Of a stretch of 64,000 bases of DNA, positions 35,174 through 43,037 are shown one piece after another. The DNA is from a virus. The notes below the pieces were generated by a model, which was given only the letters and a program-made list of their open reading frames with translations, was not told the DNA's origin and did not search any database. Within the stretch, counting starts at the first letter, position 1. Each line of letters opens with the position of its first letter. The stretch spans positions 64,001 through 128,000 of IMG/VR virus record IMGVR_UViG_3300028920_000026; one strand, 5' to 3'. Made by a program: the position numbers and the translations under genes.

Positions 35174-35965
35174 GTGAACGCAATACTTACATCTATGCTC
35201 ATGACAGTGGAAGGGCTTCGTAGCCTCGTTTACGAGGCGATCGCGGACGTTTGGACTCCCGAAAAGCTTCGCCAACGCCGTGGATTTAGTCCAGATGTTG
35301 CAAAGATGCTGATGACAGCGCATCCCAAGAAGATGGCGGAATTAGGTCTTTCGGAGGATGATATTGAGAACCTTCCGATGGTTGGTGAAGGTACGAAGGG
35401 CATCGCATTCGACCTTGGCGACAAGGTTCTAAAATTCACTGACGATGCTGAAGAGGCTGCTTCCTCGGCTGCATTGATGAACGTAAACGATCCAATCTTT
35501 GCAAAGTACTACAGTGTTTTTCGCTTCGGACAAACACCAAACTTTTTTGGTATCGTCCTTGAGAAGCTCGTCCCGTTGGAAAAAAGCGAGGCGGACGAGC
35601 TAGACAACCTGCTTCAGGAAGTGAAGTTCCACGCTTTTCTTTCGTTGGGAAACTACGATCCTGACGAGATGACAAAGATCTACATGGAAAAGGTGAAAGA
35701 CGGAGTTGGAAGGCTTGAACTCAGCGAACGAGAACGCCGCGAGATGATTCAAAGGTTTTTTGACAAGTGGGCAAAGGTGATGCGTGACTTCAGGATCTAC
35801 AGGATGATGAAGGCGCTTCAGAAGGCAGGCATTCAGTTCGGCGACTACCACGCCGGCAACATCATGAAGCGCCAATCGACAGGTGAACCCGTCATCATCG
35901 ACCTTGGGTACTCTTCGGGCGCAAAGGGTCAGATCGAAACAGTAAACGAATCTTATGGTGCCTGA
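35174..35965 (+). CDS. hypothetical protein
   Basis: 263-aa ORF. Stop TGA lies inside the acceptor stem of the following tRNA. Confidence 0.5.
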   Translation: MNAILTSMLMTVEGLRSLVYEAIADVWTPEKLRQRRGFSPDVAKMLMTAHPKKMAELGLSEDDIENLPMVGEGTKGIAFDLGDKVLKFTDDAEEAASSAALMNVNDPIFAKYYSVFRFGQTPNFFGIVLEKLVPLEKSEADELDNLLQEVKFHAFLSLGNYDPDEMTKIYMEKVKDGVGRLELSERERREMIQRFFDKWAKVMRDFRIYRMMKALQKAGIQFGDYHAGNIMKRQSTGEPVIIDLGYSSGAKGQIETVNESYGA

Positions 35966-36029
35966 GCACGATCGATTGAGTGGACTGGCTGTGACCCAGT
36001 TATAGCGGGTTCGATTCCCGTCGGGCACT
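35958..36029 (+). tRNA. tRNA-His (GTG)-like with 3-bp D-stem
   Basis: Acceptor GTGCCTG/CGGGCAC, anticodon stem ACTGG/CCAGT loop CTGTGAC, T-arm GCGGGTTCGATTCCCGT. G at -1 but U73. Confidence 0.5.
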
Positions 36030-36090
36030 CCGTGCAATCTTGTCAAAAAGTTGTTATACTTAGTGTATCTACTAACAGCCACTAGCTAGC

Positions 36091-36492
36091 TTGTTCGACC
36101 TTTCAACTAAGGAAACAACAATGTCATACGCAATTGGCCATGTAGTATTTGGTATCGCATATGATCATGACGATCACGGCGAGAAACTGAAGCAGCTTGC
36201 AGAGACAAACGAAGAATTAGCCGAGTACAATCTGGAAGATATTGAATCGCTTGGTTTCGAAACACCCTATAACGGCTCAGCAATGTGGCCTATTGGTTGG
36301 ATTGGTAAATGCTACGATACCATTAATGAATGCAGCGATTTTGAAGTTGACTCGTGGTATGAATCGTTAAACTCAAAGCGTGAACAATTTCAGAGGGACT
36401 TTCAGGAATGTTTCGATAGTCTTCCTGAGTTTATGAAAGAGATGCTTAAAGACGAGAAGCCCAAACTTTGGGTTGTGTGGGGAACATCGTGA
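36091..36492 (+). CDS. hypothetical acidic protein
   Basis: 133-aa ORF with RBS-like AAGGAAACAACAATG. Confidence 0.5.
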   Translation: MFDLSTKETTMSYAIGHVVFGIAYDHDDHGEKLKQLAETNEELAEYNLEDIESLGFETPYNGSAMWPIGWIGKCYDTINECSDFEVDSWYESLNSKREQFQRDFQECFDSLPEFMKEMLKDEKPKLWVVWGTS

Positions 36493-36530
36493 CTTTGCAA
36501 GGTATTCAATACTGAAAATAGATAAATGAT

Positions 36531-36601
36531 GTGTCAGAAAGCAAACGGTGAGCTAACTGGTTGTGGCCCAGTTGTACGTGGTTCGACTCCACGCTGACAC
36601 A
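36531..36601 (+). tRNA. tRNA-His (GTG)
   Basis: Acceptor GTGTCAG/CTGACAC perfect, anticodon stem ACTGG/CCAGT loop TTGTGGC, T-arm CGTGGTTCGACTCCACG. Confidence 0.7.
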
Positions 36602-36806
36602 CTGATCGTCGTGTCCCTTAAAAACAGGCAGCGTTGGGGGACTTCAGATTCGAATCCTGGCTAACCAAAGTATAGCTGCCGCGACGATCAACTGCTTGGC
36701 GCCTACGTGATCTAGGTAGGATCTCACGTCTGCCTCGCAGCGAGCCTTCTCGAATATCCGGTGAGACGGAAATTTTCGGATGGCTGGCGTGGGGAATAGA
36801 TCGTAA

Positions 36807-36880
36807 CCGTACGTAGCCCAACTGGCAGAGGCCGCTGCCTCAGAAGCAGTGTAGTGCAGGTTCGAATCCCGCCGTGCGGA
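36807..36880 (+). tRNA. tRNA with CAG anticodon (Leu) but class I (short variable arm) architecture
   Basis: Acceptor CCGTACG/CGTGCGG, anticodon stem GCTGC/GCAGT loop CTCAGAA, 5-nt variable region, T-arm GCAGGTTCGAATCCCGC (one mismatch), A73. Confidence 0.5.
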
Positions 36881-36913
36881 CAAATATAAGAGTGGAAAAC
36901 GTAAATGAATTTT

Positions 36914-36985
36914 GGCGACGAAACCGAATGGCTAGGTGTGCCTCTCATAAGGGTATTGTCGTGGGTTCGATTCCCACCGTCGCTA
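36914..36985 (+). tRNA. tRNA with CAT anticodon (Met or Ile2-lysidine type)
   Basis: Acceptor GGCGACG/CGTCGCT, anticodon loop CTCATAA between TGCCT/GGGTA (GU-rich stem), T-arm GTGGGTTCGATTCCCAC. Confidence 0.55.
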
Positions 36986-37095
36986 CGGGCGTTGAATGAA
37001 GGTGATCTGAGGTGTTATGTAGACGGTATCGGTATCGATCCTTGAAACGGCTCCGATCGCGTTCGAACCCAGAACGTCCACGAAGGAGTAGGAAA

Positions 37096-37765
37096 ATGAA
37101 GGAAGGTGTCATCATCGAAATCACTGCCGCAGAAGGTGGTGCAGACGCAAAGCTCCTGGTCGCCGACCAGCTTCGAGCGTATACAAACGTCGCTTTGCGG
37201 AGGCGTCTTTGACGCTACGCTCATAGACGAGCGACCAGGGTTCATCAGCGTAGCGTTTGAAGGAAAGGGCGTAAGGTCGCTCTTTGCTGACGAACCTGGT
37301 GGACATCGCTGGCAGCGTGTTCCTCCAACAGAAAAGCGTGGCCGTGTCCACACATCAACGGTTACAGTCTCCGTTGTTGATATGAACGATCGTTCTGTTG
37401 AACGACTCGATATGAACGACATCGAGGTCACGGTCGCTCGTGGAAGTGGACCAGGAGGGCAGCACAGAAACAAGACAGAATCGTGTGTGACAGTCGTTCA
37501 CAGGCCCACAGGAACAACCGCCAAGGCAGACCTAAGAAGCCAACACAGGTCCCGTGAAATGGCACTCAAGGTACTCGAAGGGCGCCTGAAAATTGCAAAA
37601 GAGCGCCAGATGATGGATAATATGGCGCGGGAAAGAAAAGCTCAGAAAGGCTCCGGGATGCGTGGCGACAAGGTCAGAACGTACAGAGTACGCGATGATG
37701 TTGTTACAGACCATCGCACCGGCAGGAAACTGAAGCTTTCGTCCTGGTTGAAGGGTGATTGGTAA
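37096..37765 (+). CDS. class I peptide chain release factor lacking domain 1, expressed through a prfB-type +1 programmed frameshift (join 37096..37209, 37211..37765)
   Basis: RBS AAGGAG then ATG 37096. Frame-1 segment IEITAAEGGADAKLLVADQLRAYTNVA matches the RF domain-2 start. It ends at CTT TGA C (37207-37213), preceded by GGAGG at the E. coli prfB SD spacing. The +1 frame continues DATLIDERPG ... GGHRWQRVPPTE (RF1-like PxT region) ... GSGPGGQHRNKTES (GGQ) ... TDHRTG. Protein homology is continuous across the shift. Confidence 0.75.
37199..37213 (+). promoter_or_regulatory. programmed +1 ribosomal frameshift site (GGAGG CGT CTT TGA C)
   Basis: Same slippery CUU U GA C heptad and internal Shine-Dalgarno spacing as the autoregulatory site of bacterial prfB. 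Confidence 0.7.
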
Positions 37766-37768
37766 AAG

Positions 37769-38179
37769 ATGAAGATCCTTGTGTGCGGTTCTCGGTTCTG
37801 GAAGGATATCGAGACGATTGCGGACGTGCTTTCGACATTCTCTCCTGACACGACTGTGGTACACGGTGCGTGTCGGGGCGCTGACTTCATAGCCGGTGAG
37901 GTCTCTAAACAGCTTGGTTTCACGGTGCGCCCGTACCCTGCAAACTGGAACAGATTCAAGGTGAAACACAAAAATCCAGCTGGCATCATCAGAAACCAGG
38001 AGATGCTCGACAAGGAACACAGGTACGACGATCCGATCATACTGTGCATCGCGTTCCATGACGACCTTGAACGATCTGCAGGAACAAAGGACATGGTCGA
38101 ACGAGCATCCCGAGCAGCAATCCCAGTTAGGAACGTGAGGTCGTCCGATGCAGAAACAAGACAAAGGGACAATCGATAG
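37769..38179 (+). CDS. SLOG-fold protein (DUF2493/YspA-like)
   Basis: ILVCGSR ... VVHGACRGADFIAGEV matches the DUF2493 Rossmann-like SLOG core (VGGxRxF ... GGAxGAD). 136 aa. Confidence 0.5.
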   Translation: MKILVCGSRFWKDIETIADVLSTFSPDTTVVHGACRGADFIAGEVSKQLGFTVRPYPANWNRFKVKHKNPAGIIRNQEMLDKEHRYDDPIILCIAFHDDLERSAGTKDMVERASRAAIPVRNVRSSDAETRQRDNR

Positions 38180-38600
38180 GTTCATAAACGATTTTGCGTT
38201 TCTTAGTAACTTCCACCCAAGCACGATCAGGTGGCGCGGGTTGAAGTGGAAGACAGTCGAACACGCCTACCAGGCTGCAAAGACGCTCGACGAGAAGCAA
38301 CAGCAGATGATCCACGAGTCAAAAACACCTGCTGAAGCAAAGAAGCTTGGTAGGGCTGTAACGATTCGTCCTGACTGGGATGATGTCAAGTTGTCAATCA
38401 TGGAGGAACTCATTCGTCTCAAATTTGAGAATCCACTACTTCGATATGCGTTACTTCAAACTGGTGAAAGGCCGCTTGTTGAAGGAAATCATTGGAATGA
38501 CACAACGTGGGGGATATGTAGAGGTAAGGGACAAAACTTACTTGGTAAGATTCTTATGAAAGTTCGTGATGAGTGTCGTGACGAAGAAATTGCTTCCTGA
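38148..38600 (+). CDS. NADAR-family protein (YbiA-like, DUF1768)
   Basis: FLSNFHP ... VEHAYQAAK ... W.DVKL..M......KF motifs typical of NADAR domain. Overlaps upstream gene by 32 nt. Confidence 0.65.
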   Translation: MQKQDKGTIDRFINDFAFLSNFHPSTIRWRGLKWKTVEHAYQAAKTLDEKQQQMIHESKTPAEAKKLGRAVTIRPDWDDVKLSIMEELIRLKFENPLLRYALLQTGERPLVEGNHWNDTTWGICRGKGQNLLGKILMKVRDECRDEEIAS

Positions 38601-38862
38601 TGGATACATCGGCTCTCCTTGACCGAGCCCATTGCGCAGTCTTTTTGTTAGACGAATGGGGACACGGATGCTAACAACAGCTTGGCTGATCCGGGGCAGC
38701 TTACGAAATGCGTGAAATCGTGGCTAAATTTGGAGAAGGCGCGCTTGCAATGTCCACCTCCGTACATCGTTCACCTCACTACGACCAATGTCGGCGCGCC
38801 GCTGTTGACCATCCGTAACACTCCCACAAATTGAAAAAGGTTTTGAAGAGCTGATTGCAAAC

Positions 38863-38946
38863 GCTGGCGTGCCGGAACTGGCATACGGGCTGCGCTGAGA
38901 ACGCAGTGGGAGAAATCCCATGTGGGTTCGAGTCCCACCGTCAGCA
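38863..38946 (+). tRNA. tRNA-Leu (GAG), class II
   Basis: Acceptor GCTGGCG/CGTCAGC, anticodon stem CTGCG/CGCAG loop CTGAGAA, variable arm TGGGA-GAAA-TCCCA, T-arm GTGGGTTCGAGTCCCAC, A73. Confidence 0.7.
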
Positions 38947-38991
38947 CCGTGCCTTGTACTACGTGCAAATGATGTGTACAATTGGTATACG

Positions 38992-39324
38992 ATGCAAGGA
39001 AACCAATCATCAGTTCCTGTCTGTTCGACTGCGTGCAAGTACACCCGAAGCGACGAGCTCCTCTTTGACGCTGAAGAGTTCGAAGTTGTCAAGTACATCC
39101 GAGATGAAGTCAGGAAGCGGTGCGGGGATATACAGCCCTGGTTGCTGCTCACGAGAATCGAGTCCTTTGACAAGACGAACTACGAGCTATCTGTAATGAA
39201 CAAGCTCGGATACCGGATGACGGGTGAACCCATCGAACGGATCCGCGCAGTTGTTGCAGAGTTGCTTGAAACGTTGACGCTGCCCGACAAGAAGGAACAG
39301 GATGGCGAAAAAGAAGTCAATTAG
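38992..39324 (+). CDS. hypothetical protein
   Basis: Internal ATG downstream of the tRNA. 110 aa. Confidence 0.4.
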   Translation: MQGNQSSVPVCSTACKYTRSDELLFDAEEFEVVKYIRDEVRKRCGDIQPWLLLTRIESFDKTNYELSVMNKLGYRMTGEPIERIRAVVAELLETLTLPDKKEQDGEKEVN

Positions 39325-39634
39325 CGGAACGTACTCGTACAAGATCCGCGATAGAATGACGGGCCTGTTTCGTGTTGGTGGCGCCGACAAGGGCTCATGG
39401 AGTTGGTCAAAGACCGGAAAGACATGGACGACATGGGCTGCGTTCAAGTCTCACCTCAGCCAGTACGCTCCCAATCCAATGCCCGCATGGTGGGAAATCA
39501 TCGTTGTTGCACCGATTCCGGGCACAAACATCAACGCCGAAGTAGCCCGCAACATGACTGAAATTGAAGTCGTAGAACTTGCGTTTGAGCACTACCTAGC
39601 ATCAAAGGCGAGTTCTGACGAAAGCTCCTCATAG
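39302..39634 (+). CDS. hypothetical protein
   Basis: 110-aa ORF, Trp-rich. Stop inside the next tRNA 5' end. Confidence 0.45.
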   Translation: MAKKKSISGTYSYKIRDRMTGLFRVGGADKGSWSWSKTGKTWTTWAAFKSHLSQYAPNPMPAWWEIIVVAPIPGTNINAEVARNMTEIEVVELAFEHYLASKASSDESSS

Positions 39635-39696
39635 TTCAACGGACAGAGCGCAAGCCTCCTAAGCTTGAAATCCTGGTTCGAATCCAGGCGGGGAGA
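39625..39696 (+). tRNA. tRNA-Arg (CCT)
   Basis: Acceptor CTCCTCA/CGGGGAG, D-arm GTTCAACGGACAGAGC, anticodon stem CAAGC/GCTTG loop CTCCTAA, T-arm CCTGGTTCGAATCCAGG. Confidence 0.65.
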
Positions 39697-39698
39697 CA

Positions 39699-39905
39699 AT
39701 GATGGCAACAGAACTCTGGATGGAAAACGACGGTCTACACGTCAAGGACGGCGTTGAGTACGTTTATGAAGATGCGTATGTCAAATCAATAACGTTCCAT
39801 ATGGAGTGTAACGACGATAGCGTCAAAATCGAAAAGTTCAATCTGAAGACATCGCCATTGAACGAGATTCCCGTCATCCCAAGGTTGTCAAACACGTCCC
39901 AGTAG
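39699..39905 (+). CDS. hypothetical small protein
   Basis: 68-aa ORF between two tRNA-Arg genes. Confidence 0.35.
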   Translation: MMATELWMENDGLHVKDGVEYVYEDAYVKSITFHMECNDDSVKIEKFNLKTSPLNEIPVIPRLSNTSQ

Positions 39906-39969
39906 CTCAATTGGATATAGCGCCGGTCTTCTAAACCGGATGTTGAGGGTTCGAATCCTTCCTGGGATG
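39896..39969 (+). tRNA. tRNA-Arg (TCT)
   Basis: Acceptor GTCCCAG/CTGGGAT, anticodon stem CCGGT/ACCGG loop CTTCTAA, T-arm GAGGGTTCGAATCCTTC. Confidence 0.65.
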
Positions 39970-39975
39970 CTGGGG

Positions 39976-40275
39976 ATGGCGGGGAAACGAAAGGCGTTTT
40001 GCATTGAGTGGTCGAACCTTTCTGATCGCGAGGTCAACGGGTGTTCGTTACACGCAAGCATGTCTGATGCAGACAACTATGAAAAGCGAGCGATAGCTCG
40101 CAACGATGGTCGATTTCCCTCTGCGAAGTTCAAGGTAAGGGTCAGCAATGACATCTGGACTGGCATCACGGCCGCAAAGGAGGCGAGATGCCCTGGAATC
40201 AGATACTTTAGATCTGATTACATCGCATTGAAACGGGCACAGCAGGATGAAGAAGGTCAACGTAACGGTCGTTAG
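39976..40275 (+). CDS. hypothetical protein
   Basis: Internal Met of the 39940 ORF downstream of the tRNA. Start uncertain. Confidence 0.3.
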   Translation: MAGKRKAFCIEWSNLSDREVNGCSLHASMSDADNYEKRAIARNDGRFPSAKFKVRVSNDIWTGITAAKEARCPGIRYFRSDYIALKRAQQDEEGQRNGR

Positions 40276-40396
40276 TGACACAAAAAATCCCAAGAAGTTT
40301 CTTGAGTCTGAGCAGCAACCCCCAAAGACACGAAGAGAGCGCCTTGCAAGAGAGGCGTTGACAACGAGCGACGTGATCCCGTTCAAAAAGAAGTGA

Positions 40397-40469
40397 GTGC
40401 GACGATACAGCTGGTGAAGTAACCTGCTCGACAAGCAGGTCCCGCAGGGTTCGATCCCCTGGTCGCATA
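40397..40469 (+). tRNA. tRNA-Val (GAC)
   Basis: Acceptor GTGCGAC/GTCGCAT, anticodon stem CCTGC/GCAGG loop TCGACAA, T-arm CAGGGTTCGATCCCCTG. Confidence 0.65.
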
Positions 40470-40474
40470 CCAAG

Positions 40475-40547
40475 CGCTCGCGAGCTTGCTGGTGAAGGCG
40501 CCTCTTTCACGAAGAGGAATTGCTGGGTTCGATCCCCAGGTGAGCGA
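40475..40547 (+). tRNA. tRNA-Val (CAC)
   Basis: Acceptor CGCTCGC/GTGAGCG, anticodon stem CCTCT/AGAGG loop TTCACGA, T-arm CTGGGTTCGATCCCCAG. Confidence 0.65.
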
Positions 40548-40580
40548 CGAAGTTGACCAATCGAGTGCTTTGTAGTACAA

Positions 40581-40654
40581 TGGGACTTAGCTCAGTAGGT
40601 AGAGCGCCTCCCTTACAAGGAGGAGGTCGTTCGGTTCGAAACCGACAGTCCCAA
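40581..40654 (+). tRNA. tRNA-Val (TAC)
   Basis: Acceptor TGGGACT/AGTCCCA perfect, D-arm GCTCAGTAGGTAGAGC, anticodon stem CCTCC/GGAGG loop CTTACAA, T-loop TTCGAAA. Confidence 0.7.
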
Positions 40655-40656
40655 CG

Positions 40657-40744
40657 GAAGCGTGGCAGAGTGGTTTATTGCACTAGTCTTGAAAACTAGC
40701 GAGGTCCGAAAGGGCCCCCGTGGGTTCGAATCCCACCGCTTCCT
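40657..40744 (+). tRNA. tRNA-Ser (TGA), class II, CCA encoded
   Basis: Acceptor GGAAGCG/CGCTTCC, anticodon stem CTAGT/ACTAG loop CTTGAAA, long variable arm, T-arm GTGGGTTCGAATCCCAC, then TCCA. Confidence 0.7.
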
Positions 40745-40746
40745 CC

Positions 40747-40977
40747 ATGCAATATGAAGCAAAGATGACAGTAACGTTGTCATTTACGCGCACCGGAGAT
40801 CATTCTGATGCGGCTACATTAATGTCTGTTGTTGGTTGCCTCAAGGGTTTACTTCACGGTGAACTAAATGTGATCAGCGGGCAGATTCAGGACGCAGAGC
40901 TTCATCCGTTTAAGTTCGACAGTATCGAAAACATCACAGTCGAGAGCATCACGTACACAAACACCAAGGAGGCATGA
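40747..40977 (+). CDS. hypothetical small protein
   Basis: ATG overlapping the tRNA CCA (CCATG). 76 aa. Confidence 0.35.
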   Translation: MQYEAKMTVTLSFTRTGDHSDAATLMSVVGCLKGLLHGELNVISGQIQDAELHPFKFDSIENITVESITYTNTKEA

Positions 40978-41171
40978 TGTCAATCAAGAGGATTGGAGAC
41001 CTAGTTGAAAAGAAACACATCGGTATAAAGTGGGACTCTCCACGCCCGTGTCACCATCCAGAACACAACGTTCCGATGCACATCAGCCTTCCCAACGGGA
41101 GGTATGAACATACGTGTCCTGCGTGTGGAAAAGTCACGCAATTTGCAATCAACAATCCAGTTCTTATGTAA
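40974..41171 (+). CDS. small zinc-ribbon protein
   Basis: CHHPEH ... CPACG Cys/His pairs. ATGA overlap. Confidence 0.4.
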   Translation: MMSIKRIGDLVEKKHIGIKWDSPRPCHHPEHNVPMHISLPNGRYEHTCPACGKVTQFAINNPVLM

Positions 41172-41199
41172 GTTCAACCTCTATGATTTGCTAATGCCC

Positions 41200-41287
41200 G
41201 GAAGCACAACCCAACAGTCGGCGATGGGACCCGATTGGAAGTCGGGCGAGTGTAAAAGCCTTGCAGGTTCGACCCCTGCTGCTTCCG
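41200..41287 (+). tRNA. tRNA-Ser (GGA), class II
   Basis: Acceptor GGAAGCA/TGCTTCC, anticodon stem CCCGA/TCGGG loop TTGGAAG, variable arm CGAGTGTAAAAGCCTTG, T-arm GCAGGTTCGACCCCTGC. Confidence 0.65.
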
Positions 41288-41676
41288 TGATGACAACTGA
41301 AGCGATTGTCGTAAATCCGTATAGAGAACACATCAAAAATATTAATGATATTAGCTTCCTCAACCTGAAACTGTTCGTGAACAGCTTTTTGAGCTTCTTG
41401 AAACTGCAAGAAGTACGTTAAGGGTACGTGGTATCATTGATGAAGAAGAAAAATTTTCTTTAGTTGCAGAAGAAAATTTGCATAGAATCGATTATAAAAC
41501 AAAACGTGCCATCAATATCCTTGATGTCGAACGCGATCGCGAACGACAGTTGCTGTTATCGCCAAGCGTTTGCGTCATAAGATTTCAATGACGCAAAATA
41601 TGGTGTTGCGACAATATTTACATGATGAATATGAGCTTCTAACTCAGATTCTAGATGAGTATCACGGGAGGACGCC

Positions 41677-41922
41677 ATGAACGATAAGGTTTATATCGTC
41701 ATCCATCTTGCATGTCTACGAAACGGTGACTTCGGTGTACACGGAGCGTACCTCGACAAGGAACGAGCTCAAACGCGGATGAAAAAAGTCGTAGATGAAC
41801 AAAGGAGGCAGCCACTGACTGGTCAGCACGAGCAGAGCTGGATCTACTGCATCAAGATGATTTCTGGTACTCAACAATTGGTGAGACGATATTCATCGAA
41901 GAGACAACGCTTGATGCGGTAG
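41677..41922 (+). CDS. hypothetical protein
   Basis: 81-aa ORF following an AT-rich island with several sub-60-aa ORFs. Confidence 0.4.
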   Translation: MNDKVYIVIHLACLRNGDFGVHGAYLDKERAQTRMKKVVDEQRRQPLTGQHEQSWIYCIKMISGTQQLVRRYSSKRQRLMR

Positions 41923-42060
41923 ATAAATCATAGGCACCCGATCAAGGTCATCTTGAATCCAATTCTACGAATGTTTGGGTTCAGTATCGTAAGCGTTTTT
42001 GACGATGATGTATTCTTGCGATTTGAGATGAGGCCCTACCCTCAGTACTGTAGGAAACTT

Positions 42061-42148
42061 GGAAGGACTACCCGACGGTTGGCGACGGGACCTCACTGCT
42101 AACGAGGCGAGTGTAAAAGCCTTGTGGGTTCGATCCCCACTCCTTCCG
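42061..42148 (+). tRNA. tRNA-Ser (GCT), class II
   Basis: Acceptor GGAAGGA/TCCTTCC, anticodon loop CTGCTAA, same GAGTGTAAAAGCCTTG variable arm as Ser(GGA), T-arm GTGGGTTCGATCCCCAC. Confidence 0.65.
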
Positions 42149-42149
42149 C

Positions 42150-42248
42150 GGAAAGACTACCGAATCAGGAGATCGGAGCCCATAGTAACTCTATGGGTGA
42201 TGACGACGATCAAATACCGTTATGCGGGTTCGACTTCCGCTCTTTCCG
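42150..42248 (+). tRNA. atypical ~99-nt tRNA-like gene with perfect acceptor and T-arm but extra internal hairpins
   Basis: Acceptor GGAAAGA/TCTTTCC perfect, T-arm GCGGG-TTCGACT-TCCGC. Internal 7-bp hairpin CCCATAG-TAACT-CTATGGG and a 25-nt region before the T-arm. Anticodon not assignable. Confidence 0.35.
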
Positions 42249-42250
42249 CT

Positions 42251-42487
42251 ATGCACTTCATAAGTGAACAGATCAATGAGCTCATTCAGGAATCTACGAG
42301 CCCATCGCACGCGCTTGGAATGATCTCTGATCTTCTTCATTTTGCAAAGTCGACTCGACAGATCGTTGAGGGGGCGATTAGAGGATCCGTTGACGACGAT
42401 GAAGGAACAATGACGTGCGAGGTGTTCTTTCGAATTTCATCTGCAACAGGATTTGTTAGAGTTTCGATAGAAGAGCAACATTGGTAG
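42251..42487 (+). CDS. hypothetical small protein
   Basis: Internal Met of the 42059 ORF located right after the tRNA-like gene. 78 aa. Confidence 0.3.
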   Translation: MHFISEQINELIQESTSPSHALGMISDLLHFAKSTRQIVEGAIRGSVDDDEGTMTCEVFFRISSATGFVRVSIEEQHW

Positions 42488-42570
42488 GTCCACCCGACGG
42501 CCGGCGACGGGCACTGTCTCGAACACAGCGGAGCGTAACAGCTTTGGGGGTTCGATCCCCTCACCTACCG
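42483..42570 (+). tRNA. tRNA-Ser (CGA), class II
   Basis: Acceptor GGTAGGT/ACCTACC, anticodon loop CTCGAAC, variable arm GAGCGTAACAGCTTTG, T-arm GGGGGTTCGATCCCCTC. Confidence 0.65.
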
Positions 42571-42714
42571 CAGCCAAGGTACGTAACGCAACAAGGATAC
42601 CAAGCAAAAGAAAGATTGGGACGTACCTCTCCACAGTAACCGATGAATCAGCTTGGGGATTTTGAAGGTGAAAGGGAACGGCAAACTCTACTTAGATCAT
42701 CCTTGCTTAGATAT

Positions 42715-42786
42715 GCACTCGTAATTCAGTGGTAGAATGTCACCTTGCCAAGGTGGACGTCGCGGGTTCGAATCCCGCCGAGTGCA
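42715..42786 (+). tRNA. tRNA-Gly (GCC)
   Basis: Acceptor GCACTCG/CGAGTGC, D-arm ATTCAGTGGTAGAAT, anticodon stem TCACC/GGTGG loop TTGCCAA, T-arm GCGGGTTCGAATCCCGC. Confidence 0.7.
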
Positions 42787-42790
42787 CTGC

Positions 42791-42864
42791 GCGCCATTGG
42801 TGTTCAACGGTTAGCATGTGAGCCTTCCAAGCTTGAGGTGAGGGTTCGAATCCCTCATGGTGCT
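42791..42864 (+). tRNA. tRNA-Gly (TCC)
   Basis: Acceptor GCGCCAT/ATGGTGC, anticodon stem TGAGC/GCTTG loop CTTCCAA, T-arm GAGGGTTCGAATCCCTC. Confidence 0.7.
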
Positions 42865-42889
42865 CTGAAGAGAATGTAGGTTGTCGCAA

Positions 42890-42974
42890 GGTCCCTTGGC
42901 GGAATTAGGCAGACGCAGTAGGCTCAAACCCTGCGGCCCTTCGGGGCGTCCCTGTTCGAATCCGGGAGGGACTA
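42890..42974 (+). tRNA. tRNA-Leu (CAA), class II
   Basis: Acceptor GGTCCCT/AGGGACT, anticodon stem GTAGG/CCTGC loop CTCAAAC, variable arm GGCCC-TTCG-GGGC, T-arm CCCTGTTCGAATCCGGG, A73. Confidence 0.65.
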
Positions 42975-43037
42975 CGATGAAAGGAAAAAGCACGTTGGCT
43001 CGCGATCCCAGGCTCTAGCTTTCAAGGAGCTAGAAGA

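Noticed and set aside
40048-40473. Minus-strand ORF 40048-40473 (141 aa)
   Set aside because: It overlaps tRNA-Val(GAC) and the + strand ORF. The + strand organisation is consistent across the region.
42059-42250. N-terminal two thirds of ORF 42059-42487 (+)
   Set aside because: It reads straight through tRNA-Ser(GCT) and the 99-nt tRNA-like gene. Only the part after the internal Met at 42251 is kept as a low-confidence CDS.
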